NCBI RefSeq assembly: GCF_036321535.1
Contig: NC_087436.1
Span: 80,478,001 to 80,542,000, forward strand
Direction of reading: 5' to 3'
Length of the DNA: 64,000 nucleotides
DNA from: Camelus dromedarius
Taxonomy: Eukaryota
Position numbers and translations under genes: made by a program. The notes under the pieces were generated by a model. The model was not told the DNA's origin. It saw only the letters and a list, made by a program, of their open reading frames with translations, and ran no database searches. Positions 1 through 12,914 of the stretch are shown here, in pieces. How positions within the stretch are numbered: the first letter of the stretch is position 1; every line of letters starts with the position of its first letter.

Positions 1-14
1 TGGGTTTTGGAAAC

Positions 15-230
15 ACAGGTAAGGCTGAAATCCTAGCTGTATCAGTTTTTAACCATGTTACCTGGGGCAAGTAGCTTAACCCTTCAGGACTTTTAATTTC
101 TTAGTTTGTAATATAAAGAATAAAAATATAGAGAATAAAAAACCTTGATAGGTTTCAGTGATAATTTTAGCAAAGTGATCATTATAGTACCAGCATAAGA
201 GCTAAATAAATATTGTCAATAATAATGATA
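15..230. mobile_element. MIR remnant
   Basis: ggggcaagtagcttaacc...gtttgtaatataaagaataaaaata. Confidence 0.55.
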
Positions 231-300
231 ATCTCCAAAATACATTTTAAACTCCAGTTTTAAATCTGTCACCAAGTTAAAAAAATGCTTTCAAGGTTAA

Positions 301-429
301 GGGGGAGGGTATAGCTCAAGTGATAGAGCACGTGCTTAGCATGCATAAGGTCCCGGGTTCAATCCCCAGTGCCTCCACTAAAAAAAATAAATAAATAAGC
401 CTAATGACCACCCCCTAAGGTGGGGAGGG
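301..429 (+). mobile_element. tRNA-derived SINE, Vic-1-like (camelid)
   Basis: Pol III A box tagctcaagtgata and B box ggttcaatcc; flanking repeat aatgcYttcaaggt (284-297/430-443). Confidence 0.85.
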
Positions 430-1178
430 AATGCCTTCAAGGTGACTGAATACAAAAGTGAGTACCTTACATGTTACAACAATGAGAGATTAGTTTGCTG
501 TGAGTATTGCATTCATCAGGTGTGATTTCACCTGTGACACCTGAGCGATTACACGAACAGTAATGATTAAGTCCAGTTTAAGCAATTCTCTACTTGGAAA
601 ACACCTTGGTTAGTTTTTTCCCTTCCATTTTCAGTTAAGATGAGGATCATCATGTGACTATTGGAACAGTTCTACAGACACTCCATGAATATGCCTTAAG
701 CCACATTTCACATTGGCAGCAAAATAATAGCCACATCATATAACAGGTTTGAATGTACAACAATAAAACATCACCCTTAGTTTGGGGGATAGAGAACAAA
801 TATAAAAGACACGGCAGGCTCCCTATGGGCGTGCAAGTGTGTGTACACATGCTTCTGCACACACACCTGAGAAGTAGCAAGGCTTGGGGAAAAGGGCCGG
901 GGACCAAGAATTCCTATACTGCACACTTTTATGTCTAGGACAACCAGTCTCATTGGGCTAATTCTAACATCTTTTCTCACCCCAATTCTATTATTCACTA
1001 GTGACAACAACTGGCTTTGCAAGATACGTGCATATTTTCCATGCCTTTTAAATATCTTGACTAGTATCAACTTTACAGATGTTATGCAGGCATAGGAACC
1101 AATTATATTCATCTCAATCATCTTAACCTTAATGGTACTTTCAGTTAACAGACAGAAAAACATGTAAGTTTTTACTAC

Positions 1179-1340
1179 CTGAGCAGATCGTTGCTGCTGG
1201 GAAAACCCTGCAGTAAGAAGCTCAGCACATTACTAATGGCAGCGATGGTAGGCTGGGATAAAGACATATCTCGAAGAGTCAGTAGCAACTTTGGGATTAG
1301 CTGGAATTCCCTCATTAACTTGGCGTTCTTTGAAGCTTCA
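1179..1340 (-). CDS. WDFY3: WDFY3 exon 29 (162 nt) EASKNAK...NDLLR
   Basis: tacag|TGAAG, CAG|gtagta; hand translation; follows a 79-nt intron. Confidence 0.95.
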
Positions 1341-1419
1341 CTGTAAGAGAAAGAAGATTTTATCTACTGTACTAGCATCTCTTCTGTAAGCGAACAACTA
1401 TTTAGGTATTAACTAATAC

Positions 1420-1493
1420 CTGGACTCTGTGAGCAGCTCAATAAAGTGTTCAAATAAGGAAAGATGAAGTTCATACGGTGCATGGAGCCAGAC
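1420..1493 (-). CDS. WDFY3: WDFY3 exon 28 (74 nt) VWLHAPY...LTES
   Basis: tatag|GTCTG, CAG|gtatta; hand translation. Confidence 0.95.
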
Positions 1494-1689
1494 CTATAAT
1501 CAAAATAAAGAACAGTATAGTTAAGGTTAAAAAACTACCCCAAATTCCAATCCAACAAACACAAACACAGTGCACAGAACTTATTCCACTTACATAATTA
1601 AATGAATGTAACCACTTTATTAGTTTTTACTTGTTGTAGCCCTCTAAAACTGCTTGGATATAGGACTGCTGGTTCTACTCATAAAGGGA

Positions 1690-3290
1690 TAATCGCTATG
1701 GAAATTACCCTCCTAGAGTAACCAACTAGAAAGGCAAGATCTATAGAAAATTCCCCTGGAATCAATGACTAATTACAATTACTGAATACAATATACTGAA
1801 TAGAATGAATACTGAATGCTATATGCTGAATACAAAAACCGAATGGCAGGAATCTCCTGTGTGTCCGAAACTGGAAATAACCATTGCAAAGTAGTACAAC
1901 AAACAATTCCTAGAACTCACAGGCGCTGAGAATAGTTTGCACTCCCACCAACCAGTGTAGAGACTTCATAATATGTGGGAAAGTTGGGTAGAGGTCTCAA
2001 AAGTAATATCTTCGTAGTGGGTCTAAATAACCACTAGACTAAAAATTTTAAAAGTCCACCCTACAAGGCTTAAAAGCATGTCTCAAAAGTGTCAATGTAA
2101 CTGCAATGGCAGAGAAAAGCTTAACATTCTTTAAAAGAATAAAATAAAATTTGGCACTCAGCAATGTGAAATTTAGTATCTAATCAAAAATTAACCAAGT
2201 ATGCAAAAAAAAAAAAAAAAGGAAAAACACGAGCCATAAGTAGGAGGAAAAAAACAACCATTATTAACAGGCCCAGAAATGACAGATGATAGAATTACTG
2301 AGACCTTAAAAAAAAGCTACTAAATATGCTCCATATGCTAAAGAATGTAACAAAAATATGAACATGATGAGAAAAATAACAGAAATAACCAAGATCCAAA
2401 ATGAACTTCTACAGGTAAGAAGTAAAATATCCAAAATGAAAAGCATACTGGATGGGACTAACAGAAGGTTAGATGCTGCAGAGAAAAATTCAGGAAACTT
2501 AAAGACATAACAATAGAAACTATTCAAAATGAAGCATGAGAAAAAAATACTAAAAAAAGATATTGCTAGATAGAGCATTAGTGACTTGTGGGACAAATCA
2601 AACAATATGTTTAACTGGAGTCCAAAAAAGGTGTGCGTGTGAGGTGAGTGCCCAGGTGGGGGAGGGGGAGGGGAACAATTGAAGAAATAACAACTACAAA
2701 TTTTCCCACTTGATGAAAATGACAAACTCACAGACCTAAAAAGGTCAACAAAGCCCAGGCAGAAGCAACATTCAGGCAACGGAGAGACTGACATCTTCAA
2801 AGGATGAAAAGAATAAAAACCATCAACTTGAACTCTATTCTGTGCAAAAATATCTTTCAAAAAAGAAGGGAAAATACTTTTTCAGATGGGAGTATTTATC
2901 GCCAAGAGACCTGCACTATAAGAAATGTTAGAGCAAGTTCTGCAGGCAGACACACTACTCATCACAGGATGGAAATCTGGCTCTACACAAAGGAATAAAA
3001 AAGCCCACAAACATTGGTATGTGGGCAAATATAAAATAATTTTAATGCCTTTCAAAGATAATAGACTATCTAAAACAAAAATAATACAAAGTATTGTGGG
3101 GATTATAAACACACACAGTAAAACGTATGACAACAGTAGCACACAGGACAGGAGGAGAAATGGAAGGACACGGTTACAAGGGTTTTTACACTATCGGTAA
3201 AGTGGAATCATGTACCTGAGGACAGACTGAATTGTTTCACATGTATATTGCAATTTCTAGAACAACCACTAAAAAAGAAAATGCTTGGGT
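1690..3290 (+). mobile_element. Old L1M-type 5'/ORF1-region fragment
   Basis: A-rich + strand, ORF1-like decayed motifs (aagaaatgttagagcaagttctgcaggcaga; caatttctagaacaaccactaaaa); approximate. Confidence 0.7.
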
Positions 3291-3599
3291 GCTATTACAG
3301 TTATTTGACTTACATTTGTCAAATGGCTGTTCTAAAAATAGGGTAAATTAAATATTTATTGACTGTTATAGTCTGGGGTTACTAGGAATGCTATCTGAAG
3401 CCATAAAGTGAGCAGGGTATGATAGAGTGAAGCCAAACTTTGCAAAGCAACTAAACTTCCAATGTTTGTATACTAAATTTTAGTCAGAAATCTGAAACTA
3501 AAGGTAACGTATCAATTACCAGATGAAAACGAAGCTTGGCTTATTAAGTAGATCTCCTTGGTACTCTCATAATAATTAGCGCATACATTTATCTCTGTG

Positions 3600-4620
3600 C
3601 TTTCACAAGTTTTTATTGTCTATTTGCTCCACTCTTCTAATGGACCAAATGCCTTGAGGCATTGACTCAACTCTCCTTTATTTTCATACCCTTAGCACCT
3701 AATCCAGTGCTTGGCTCAAATCTATTCATTAATTATTTTCTAAAAGAATGAGAGGTTTGTTTTTTTAGAACTTTGACTATCAAGCTGAGAAATGTGTACT
3801 TTATTGTGCAGAAAAATCACTGGAAGTTTTTGAATAAGGGATACAATTACATCTTAGAAAGAATGAGGTCAAAAAACACACAGGATAGGAAAGGGAGAAA
3901 GAAGTGACTGGTATCTTAATAAGTTAGGAGAACTGATTAGGGCTTGGGTTAGGATGTAGCAGGAGGAACAGAAAACACAGACTACATGAAATGTGGAAGC
4001 AGAATCTACAGACTTAATATGGACTGTATCAACAGTGCAGAAGGAGGAAGCTGATTTTTCAGTTTCAAGCCTCAGTGAATGGGGGAATGGTGGTATTATT
4101 AATAGAAACAGAAGTTAAAAGGAAGAACTAATTTGGGGAAGGATCTTAAGTTCGGTTTAGGTGTTGCTGGGACATAAAAATGGAAATGCTGAGGAAGAAG
4201 TTAGAAGTCAGTCTGGAATTCGAATGTCAAGATAAAAATTCAGATTTGCGAGTTGCCTCTGTAGAGATGAGGCTATGGGCCTGGGTGAGAACCTAAAGGA
4301 AAGAAGACAACAAAGGAAAAGATAAAGAAGTGAAGATGGACACTTTTATAAAGTAATGAAAATTCCACAATCAGAAAATTATAGGAAAAGCAGTGAGAAA
4401 GATATAAGAACGAGGGGAGTGATGCCCAAAAGCTAACAAAGAACTAAGAGATGCAAGAAGAGGGAAACAGACTGCGCCATGTGCCACTGAGAGCTGGGGG
4501 TACGAGAGCTGGAGGTATGAGAGCCGAGGACAAGCCACGGATTTGTATTTGGAAGAGGACTGCTAATACACTTCCAAATAAAGTTTCAGTAAAGCAATGA
4601 GGGCACACAGCCTCTTTGTT
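3600..4620. mobile_element. L2 remnants
   Basis: Purine-rich L2-type motifs (gtttcaagcctcagtgaatggggg; taagttcggtttagg); approximate. Confidence 0.55.
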
Positions 4621-5321
4621 AGAGATTTAAAATAACTGACAAGACACAGCTTACAGAAGCTACAAAGAAGAGTTAGGGCCACACATAACAGCAAACATCA
4701 GGTGCCACGCACCACTCTGAGTGCTTAGGGACACAAAGGTGAAGACAGACATGGTTTCTGCACTCCCCAAGCCTCCAATCTCACAGTCTTGAAAGTAAAG
4801 TATATAATGATGAGTGTGCAAAGTGTTGCAAACAAGAAATTAAATGGAGAAAGATATGTGAGATCTGAGAAGACAGAGTGGAAGCTGTTATGGTAATAAG
4901 ACAGTAGAAATAAAAATCTTGTTATTCTGGTGAAAGGAGTATTTTACTAAACAGCTACTAGTAATCAAAATTTCAGGCCTAACTCCTATTTATTAAGGAA
5001 AAGTTTCCATCAAAATTATTTGATGAAAATATGTTTGCCTCTCATAATGCCAGCAGCAACAGCGAATTGGCCATAGTTAGGCATATGCAATGCACTGTTT
5101 CACTTCTACGATATTTGTAAAATGAAACATCTTTGGGGAGAAGGAACCCCATTACTACCCTATTTTGTACATCTTACTAGTGACATTAACATGAGCATCA
5201 TAAAATCATAGAATATAAACATGTTTTAGAGACAAGATTATTTAATAGTTAACTCTATCAAATATAGAATAAGAAATTGATTCATTGATTATATTTTTCC
5301 AGTTAGCGTGCTTATACATAC

Positions 5322-5474
5322 TTCAAAGTCACAAAGTAGATCCTGGAAAGCAGTTGAATTTGGAATAATGGAGGTCTCATGTCCACTGTCAACAGTTCCC
5401 ACCAAGGAAAAAGTCAGGTGGAGAATGTGGCTGTTCAGAAGGGAACGTTTCTTCTTAAGCAGCATTGCCAGCAA
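5322..5474 (-). CDS. WDFY3: WDFY3 exon 27 (153 nt) LLAMLL...LCDFE
   Basis: tttag|TTGCT, GAA|gtatgt; ORF 5289..5474. Confidence 0.96.
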
Positions 5475-5520
5475 CTAAAAGAAAGCAATACCAAATGTTT
5501 GTTTATCAATCGTCCTACGG

Positions 5521-5548
5521 ACACACACACATACACACACACACACAC
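5521..5548. repeat. Interrupted (AC)n microsatellite upstream of exon 27 acceptor
   Basis: Direct inspection. Confidence 0.9.
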
Positions 5549-6532
5549 TGGAGAACCCTATGCAGAGCAATTCCTGAGACTTCTACACTGATTTCTAAAT
5601 TTTTATTATGATAAAATAGCATTACAGGAAGTCTGAAAAGCAGCTAATCCCATCATTCTATTATAAAAATATCCACTTTTACATAAACTCTTTCAATTTA
5701 CATATAAACATTTAAATTGTTGTTGTCATCATGTGCATACAATTTTCTACTCTTTTTCTCTACAGAAATTTATCAAAAGGATTTTTCTTTTGCAATACTG
5801 TCTCCATGATTATAATTTTATCATAGGAAATGGTTATAGTATTATCAGTCAGTCTCATACTATTGGAACTTTTAGATTATTCCTATTTTTTTCATGATAA
5901 ACAGTGCTGCAGTATCATTTTGAAAGTTTTGTAAAATAAAACTTACCAGAATAGAGTAATTAAATCTACAGAAAACACTGAAGAGTTTATCTGCTGCCAA
6001 TGAACTTCAGGCTAAAGCCAGAGAAGGCATTTGTTCTTCATCTACACTAGAGGGATTTAATCTTGCTCCAAATACCTGTTTCTCTTCTCATAAGCAGCTT
6101 TCTGCCTAAACCTAGTAGAGATGTAAGTGATGAACACTGCGTATTTTCAGTCGCATGTGAGTTTTCGGGACCATATAACACACAGTGGCTCTCACATGGC
6201 TGAGTAAGGAAGCGGGTAAAGGATGACTGGGTGTGGAGGGAGAGACCAGGGGGACCGGGAGGGCTCCGGACCTCCTCCCAACCTGGCAGTCTCCAGAGCA
6301 GTGGGAACATGACCCCATTTCATTTAATCCCTATTTCCACAGAGAAAAATAACTCCAAACTAACAAACAACTCACATTCTCACTTGAAATGTTAGTTTTA
6401 ATAAAAACTACTAACTTTTCAAGTCTACTTGGGCAGTATCATTCTTTCAGAGTTTGAAAAAACAAATAACCATGACAATTAGAAGACCTTTAATGCAAAG
6501 TAAAGTGACGACCAAGCTTTATGGTTACAAAC

Positions 6533-6723
6533 CTGGTAGCCCTTGATTCTTTCCATTTCTTTGCTGGCTAGTGGGTTACTCCTGACCACACAAACCAGGG
6601 CCTTGACTGCAGCATAGAGCCCTTCCACATCGGAGGCCATGGCCACCAGGCCCAGGAGGGCTGCAGCTCCACCAATGTACTGCAAAGTAGTGGCAACAGG
6701 CTTAGGAACAAATGTTCTTACTC
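6533..6723 (-). CDS. WDFY3: WDFY3 exon 26 (191 nt) VRTFVP...IKGYQ
   Basis: atcag|GAGTA, CAG|gtttgt; ORF 6479..6685. Confidence 0.96.
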
Positions 6724-8507
6724 CTGATTAAAAGACAGTGAAAAATAATTAAAATAAATTCCCCACTGTACACAAGAACTGAATACATTATCTTAAGAAA
6801 TATTTAATTAATTATAAATTATACTTTAAAAAAGAAACCCCCCAAACCCTTCTAGCCTAAAAGAGAAATTCTTGAAAAAAAAAATTCAAGGTAGAATTTG
6901 GGGGAAGGCAGTAAATGCTGATGTATATACTTTCAGAGAAGAACTGGGAGCAAAGGAGCGAGCAGAGAAGACCTGGGCTTGAGAGCAAGCACCAATGCTT
7001 CCATGATGTGCCCTGGGCAGCATTCAGACTCACAAGGACCGAGGCCCTGAGGATGTATTTCTGCGGAAAGGGAGAATGCCTTACTAGGTACTGTTGGAGA
7101 ATAAGCTTGGGGAGAGCAAAAGCACGTCAACTCTGTGAGCTGGGAAATGGGATGGGGAAGCCGACCTGGCAGGGGTGAAGCATACCCTACAGAAAAGCCA
7201 AACAAAGCATATTACTGACCACTGCTCAAAGCTGCTCTTAGTTACACAGTCTGAATAACAGAACATCAGTGATCCTGGAAGAGCAGAAGTATGTGGGAAC
7301 AGGTACTGGAACTAACTTTGTGTCAATTAAACAAACAAAAAAATTCATCTCTATACATTCCTAACCTATTTTTTTTTCTTTTTTAAAGGCAATGTTTGAA
7401 TGTCATTTGCCTACCGATCAAGATTGAGCTTTTCAAAAATAAAGCAAATAATGCATTTTATATTCTGTGTGGCTTGCAGTATTCACAATACTGTAATATG
7501 TATGGCACTGGATTTTGAAAACAATCCTCTAAGGTAATTAGGGCCAGAACTACTAGTTTATAGATAAGAAAAATGACATCCCCAGAGCTCAAATGTCTGG
7601 CATGAATCCAGTGACACAACAAGGGTTAGAACCTAAATCTCTGAGCTGTTCATTCACTGCTCTTCCTGCTGTGTCACAACACTGCTGTATCTCTGCACAG
7701 GGCATAGAGCAGTCAGTGCTCAGTAAATACTTGCTTAATTGAATAAAGAAAAACTACCATGTGCCTTAGCATAAAGGAAACTTTTATTAATACAATATGG
7801 TCAAAAAGAAAGACTAAGTTAGGAGATGTGCACATGCCTGGGACAATAAAAGTTGCCTAGGACTGATAGTGAACAGGTAGGATGCTGACTGGCCCAACAC
7901 TTTTTGTTAATCTTAAAAGGAACCAATATTATGTACTGATCTGAACATTAAAATACATAATAGCTAGTTTTGAATTTTAGATAGCCTGATTGAGTTATGC
8001 CTCAACATTCTAGCTAACCCTCCCCCCCAAAAAAGAAATCTTTTGAAGCAGACAAGTATGAGGCTCTACAGCTCTGACTTTTATTATAGTTGGAGTCACA
8101 TGCTCACACTCCGAAGCTCTTATTTCTAGCTCATTTCCAAATAACAGAAGCATGAGTGCCACCACTAAGGCAACCAAACCATATAGCAATAACAATCATT
8201 AATATTTCTGAGTCTTTACAACTGTCCCTAAATGTAGTATAAAATTTACCTTGAAATTATATAGAAGTATACAGTCAGTGCTCATCCATGCTGACAAAAG
8301 AGGGGAAAGGTTAACGGAATTTTATAAAAAGTTATAATTTTTAAAGTTGTCTGGAGCCTGGGATTGACATTAATCTCTAAATACTGAGAGAACATTACAG
8401 GTCAGTACCACAGGATATAAACTTAAACACCACCTTCAACGAAGAAGGTGAATGCAGCTTTGAAGACCAATAAAGAAGTTTGAAAGGACAAAGTCTACCT
8501 GACTCAC

Positions 8508-8619
8508 CCAAGTATCCAATCAGAGTAGCCCCAATCGTCCGTGCAGGTCCATTAAGGTGTCCTGCTGAGTTGTGTATCAGCTTCACGGGAGTGGCGTTCT
8601 CATGGGAGGAGATGCCTAA
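8508..8619 (-). CDS. WDFY3: WDFY3 exon 25 (112 nt) LGISSHE...LIGYL
   Basis: ttcag|TTAGG, TGG|gtgagt; ORF 8395..8643. Confidence 0.96.
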
Positions 8620-9125
8620 CTGAAGGAGAAGAAAGGAAAACAATGTAACTATAGAGGAACAGTCTGAGCATTTTGATTCGAAAAGAAAAAAGGACCTATC
8701 TTTACTCTCTGCTTATTAGAATATTAAAAACACGAGCATTCTTTTTTTTTTTAATGTGCAAATACTTCCAAAGGTGTGGAAACTCACAGGAAGTAAGTTA
8801 AATACAATCTACTGAAAGATGGTGAAGTGGTCTCAGGAATCAGCTTCAGGGGTCTTTCTGAATGAAACTCTGTTGTGGTTTAAAGATTCTCATCACTCCC
8901 TGCCTCACAGTATTCCTGATTACTGAATATAATACTTGCTTTACTCCATATTCAAGTAAAGGTCACATAAATTATCCAAGTTTATGGGTAAAACACACCC
9001 ACATAAAAGGAATGTTAAATTTTGCACATACACACCCAATGCACTTTTAAAGCAAAAATAATCTGTAGACTAAATCTATTGCTACCTGTAGAATTAAGTT
9101 TATGCAGTTTTTGTTCCTTAGAAGA

Positions 9126-9186
9126 TTATACATACATATTATATATATATATTTATATATAATGTATATACACACACACACACATA
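9126..9186. repeat. Compound (TA)n/(CA)n microsatellite
   Basis: Direct inspection. Confidence 0.85.
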
Positions 9187-9814
9187 TTCAGACAAAGCTC
9201 TGTACAACAGCTTGTCGATACTTACTGTTTCCAAATCGTTTCCTTCCAGCCTCTTGATTTCCTTCCCCTCTGGCTTTGCCTCCCCTAATCAGCCAAAATC
9301 ACTTGTCAAGCTCACGGATGACTTCCACCTTGCTAAACCCAGTGGTCAGTCCTCAGTCCTCAGCCTTAATCTTTCTTGACTGCTCTGACACATTTGCCAC
9401 AGTGAATCACTGATTTCTACAACACCCTAGTTTTTCTCCTTTCTTGCTGGCTCCTTAGTTAGTGTTCTCTGCTGGTTCTTCACCACCTCCCCAGCTCCAC
9501 AGCACTGGAACGCCCAGCCTGTAAACCCTTCCTCCTCTCTACCTACATCTACAGTTTGGTGAATGCACCTAGTCTCGTGGCTTTAAACACCATGTACAAA
9601 CACTCATGACATTCAGACCTCTCCCTTGAACTCAGATTCGTATTTCCAGTGGCTCTGATATCTCCACTAAGATGTCTAATACACTTCTCAATTTTTGCAA
9701 AACGTAATTCTCAGTATTCCCCTCACTCCCCAACTACTCTTCTGACAGTTTTCTCCAAATCAGAAAAAGTGACTCCACTTTGACCTTGCCTGCTACTCAG
9801 GCCTTCTCTTGTTC

Positions 9815-10578
9815 TGTTGGAGCCACATGTGCCTCTGTGGCAGCCATGCACTTCCTTGGAGCCTCAGCACTTACACTCCTGGAATGCAAGCCCCCCAACC
9901 CCATACATATGTTAGGTAGTTAGATAAGTGGGGACACTGGGCAGATAGGTGGAGGAGAGGGAGGATGATCCAGAAGACGGCGGGATGCATGCCTCCAGCG
10001 TACAAGGACTTCACTTCTTTTAAGTCACCAAGAAATCGGTTAGAACCTGACAGCCCCAACTGTTGAGCAGTGAGAAGGACCCTACCGAACATGATCTAAT
10101 GCTCATTGTGATATAATTACCATTGCGATTTAGGCCCCCCCACCCCTCGCCAAGGGTCTCTCTGTGTACACCATGGGTAAGGACACGCGTAAAGGGGCCA
10201 AACATGCTAAGCATTCCAGGGACAAGAGCCGTCAATCAATCAAAAGACCACCTCTAGAGCGAGGGTATAAGACAAAAGGGCAGACAAAGACCACTGCTTT
10301 CTCCCCCTTGGATCAGCTGTCTCCCATTCGTGGAGGTGTACTTTTCTTTTCCTAATTACACTTTAATGAAAAAAAAAATATGAAAACAAATACATGTATG
10401 TATATGCATGAATGGGGACATTGTGCTGTACACCAGAAACTGACACATTGTCACTGACTGCACTTCAATTAAAAAACAAACTCTTTCCCTATACAACGCC
10501 CACCATCTCCCATTGGTAATCTTCTATTTCTAGTATGACAAGAACTGGGGTCTTTTTCCTTTTTCTTTTGGGGTAACA
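9815..10578 (+). mobile_element. Solo ERV LTR
   Basis: TGTT...AACA termini, GC-rich relative to flanks, TATAA at 10266, U5-like tail; TSD not clearly seen. Confidence 0.65.
10365..10480 (+). mobile_element. Young lineage L1 extreme 3' end inside LTR
   Basis: Shares aatatgaaa(a)caaatacatgtatgt and gctgtacaccagaaactgacac with the 28976 copy. Confidence 0.85.
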
Positions 10579-11190
10579 CACACATCCCACTCTCCGTACT
10601 CTCATGGTTCACTGCCTTGACACCTTCTTAGTGAGGCCTCCTCTGGCCAACCTACCTAAAGCCATAAGCTTCTCTCTCTCCCCCTTCCTGCTGTATTTTC
10701 CTACGTAGCACTCTTCATCTTCTAACCCACTCTACGACCAGGCTATTCCTTCAGTTATTATTGTCCGCCTCTTCCACTAGAATGTAAGAACCTTAATAAA
10801 GGCAAGAATTTTACTCTTTATTACCTACTGCTGGGTCCTGAACAAAATGTGTTTTGTTCAGCATTTAGTAGGTTATACAAAAAAAAGTTATAGCCTTAAA
10901 AAACAGCAATTGTTTCCTTTAGTCTCCTAAAGTTCAATTTCTCAATTGCCAAGAAAAATACTGGAGTTAATATAAACCATGCACTTAGAACGAAATTCTC
11001 AACTTTTCCAAATTAAACTAAATATCTAAATAAGTTTTGGCTTAAGTTCAAAGGCACAGAAGCCAAAACAATACACGAAAGGCACTGTTTTTTAGCAACC
11101 ACTCATACTTGGGTGGTGCCCACAAGGAAGCTCTGGCACATCTTCCCAGTGAGAACCAGGCACAGCTTACTGGGAAATCATTCTGCTTAC

Positions 11191-11351
11191 CTGCTTGGCG
11201 ATAGCTTTGCTGTCCAACTTGTTGTGCACTTTCCGAATTCTTGCCACTGTTAGAGAGGACACAGACAGTGCATAGAGGCCAAATGAAACCTTTTCCTCTG
11301 GCACTAATGACACAGGAGATGGGATCATCCCTTCGGATTTTGCATCTTTAC
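11191..11351 (-). CDS. WDFY3: WDFY3 exon 24 (161 nt) KDAKSEG...AIAKQ
   Basis: tgaag|GTAAA, CAG|gtaagc; hand translation. Confidence 0.95.
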
Positions 11352-11799
11352 CTTCAAAAGAAGAATAATCCTTTTCAAAATTGTCAGTTTTTCTCCTGAT
11401 CCTAACACAACCCTTTAATTCTTATTATCATCGTTAAATGAACACACCTGAAAAATCTTTTAAAGTGGAATAGGGAGCTAAATTTAAAAACTGTTTAATA
11501 GCTCTTCATTTCTTTCTTTAATTACAAATATGGAAAACCATCCAGTCATAAAGCTTTTGCACTCCAAATTTTGCTCTTAAAGTATGCTTAATATGCAGCA
11601 TAATGTAAAGAAAGAGAAAGAGTTTTAACTGCTATCAAACAAATCACAAAACACTTTCCATTGTTGCAAGGAACAAGGGAATAAAAATGAGTGGAATGCC
11701 CATGATCTTTGCACCACGAGGTCTCCTCCCCAACGAGAGCCCCCATTTATGCCTCTTTTTATTCTTCTCAACAACATGGCAGAGTAACACAAATTTTGA

Positions 11800-12030
11800 A
11801 CAAGATAGCTTAACTCTGAACCTCTGCTTTATCACTTAAAAGCTATGTGACCTATACATCTCTGCAGCTCAGTTTCGTCGTCTATAAAATGGGGACGATA
11901 ACAATACTTAAGTCCCAGTGTTCTGAGGATATGAACAGATACATGTGAAGGGCTCAAGACAGCTATGTCCTCCGTGCATATTAACTTATTCGGCACACGC
12001 TGAGTGCTCAGTAACTGTTAGCTATTATTT
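11800..12030. mobile_element. MIR remnant
   Basis: gctatgtgacc...ctcagtttcgtcgtctataaaatgggga...ctcagtaactgttagctatta. Confidence 0.7.
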
Positions 12031-12682
12031 CATGCTATCTAAATCAAGAACCTAAGTGAAAGAAATTACTTAGCCATAAGATTATTACCATTTACAGCAT
12101 ACTTGCCCCAACTCTTATGAGAACTTTGGTAGAATGAGAACAAGAGAATGGAAGACATCATTTGGAAAAAGTACTGCAAAGGAATTATACTTTAACATCA
12201 ATTCCTTTGATTCCAATTTCCTTTTGGGAGAAAGGACTGCCGGAATAAAGACGAGGAAAATGGATGTTAACTGGTCTAACCTAAAGAATACGTGTGTGTT
12301 TTCTAGACCCATCCTTCTTTCCTTTAACCAGAGTAGACAGACTTCAAACTGCTTCATGTAATAAGAGAAATTACAGAGAGAAGAAGGTTGGCAGTAGACT
12401 GTTAGAAAGTATACACCTACATCTTGGAGCCTATAAGAGAAACTGAAAATTAGGAATACGCACGAAGACAAAGATCAAGAAAGGACAGTATGATCAATGG
12501 AGGAGAGCACTTATGAATAGGAGTGGTCGAGAGTATTGCGCTGAAGAACAGGAGAGGAGAAGGCCCTTTTTTAAGAGACATGTAATGTGCAGCTTTAGCC
12601 ACACACATGTACTTATCCATGCATCTACACCACAGGAGGTTAAGCCTTATACAGCTTTAAGAACAAAGAGTAAGTTACTCAC

Positions 12683-12914
12683 ATGGCATGCATACGGCCT
12701 GGAAGCTTCCAACATAATTTGGTCCTAGTTCATAAATGGTAGTAACATTTGAAGGAGGTAAAACCTCTTCCAGAAAGTGCGTGGGTCCCAGGCGCCAAAC
12801 CAGTGAGGCAATCTGGCGCTGGGCAGGTGGAGTCCCGACGTAAGCATAGACTGTGCTGACCACCGGTGGGTTTGCAGAACCCGAGCCCCCAGGAGTGCTG
12901 TGGACATAATGAAG
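12683..12914 (-). CDS. WDFY3: WDFY3 exon 23 (232 nt) LHYVHS...AVCMP
   Basis: catag|CTTCAT, CAT|gtgagt; ORF 12675..12863. Confidence 0.96.

Larger units (their letters stand above)
9230..10870 (-). mobile_element. L2 remnant split by the LTR
   Basis: L2-type pyrimidine-rich motifs on both sides (gacctctcccttgaactcagattcgtatttcc; cttccactagaatgtaag); strand and limits approximate. Confidence 0.6.

Noticed and set aside
301..378. tRNA gene (A/B boxes, tRNA-like); also 46043 and 23480
   Set aside because: Three diverged copies with shared non-tRNA 3' part, tails and TSDs indicate a SINE
650..1163. Overlapping short ORFs in intron 29, and the other non-WDFY3 ORFs in the track
   Set aside because: No recognisable homology; typical chance intronic or repeat ORFs
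1780..1845. ctgaata-type repeats as a CRISPR-like array
   Set aside because: Short degenerate slippage repeats with no regular spacers; eukaryotic context
2306..2860. 184-aa minus-strand ORF
   Set aside because: F/L/S-rich antisense reading of A-rich L1 sequence
4489..4530. ~15-bp tandem triplication (similar duplications at ~15622, ~23839, ~61826)
   Set aside because: Ordinary local slippage
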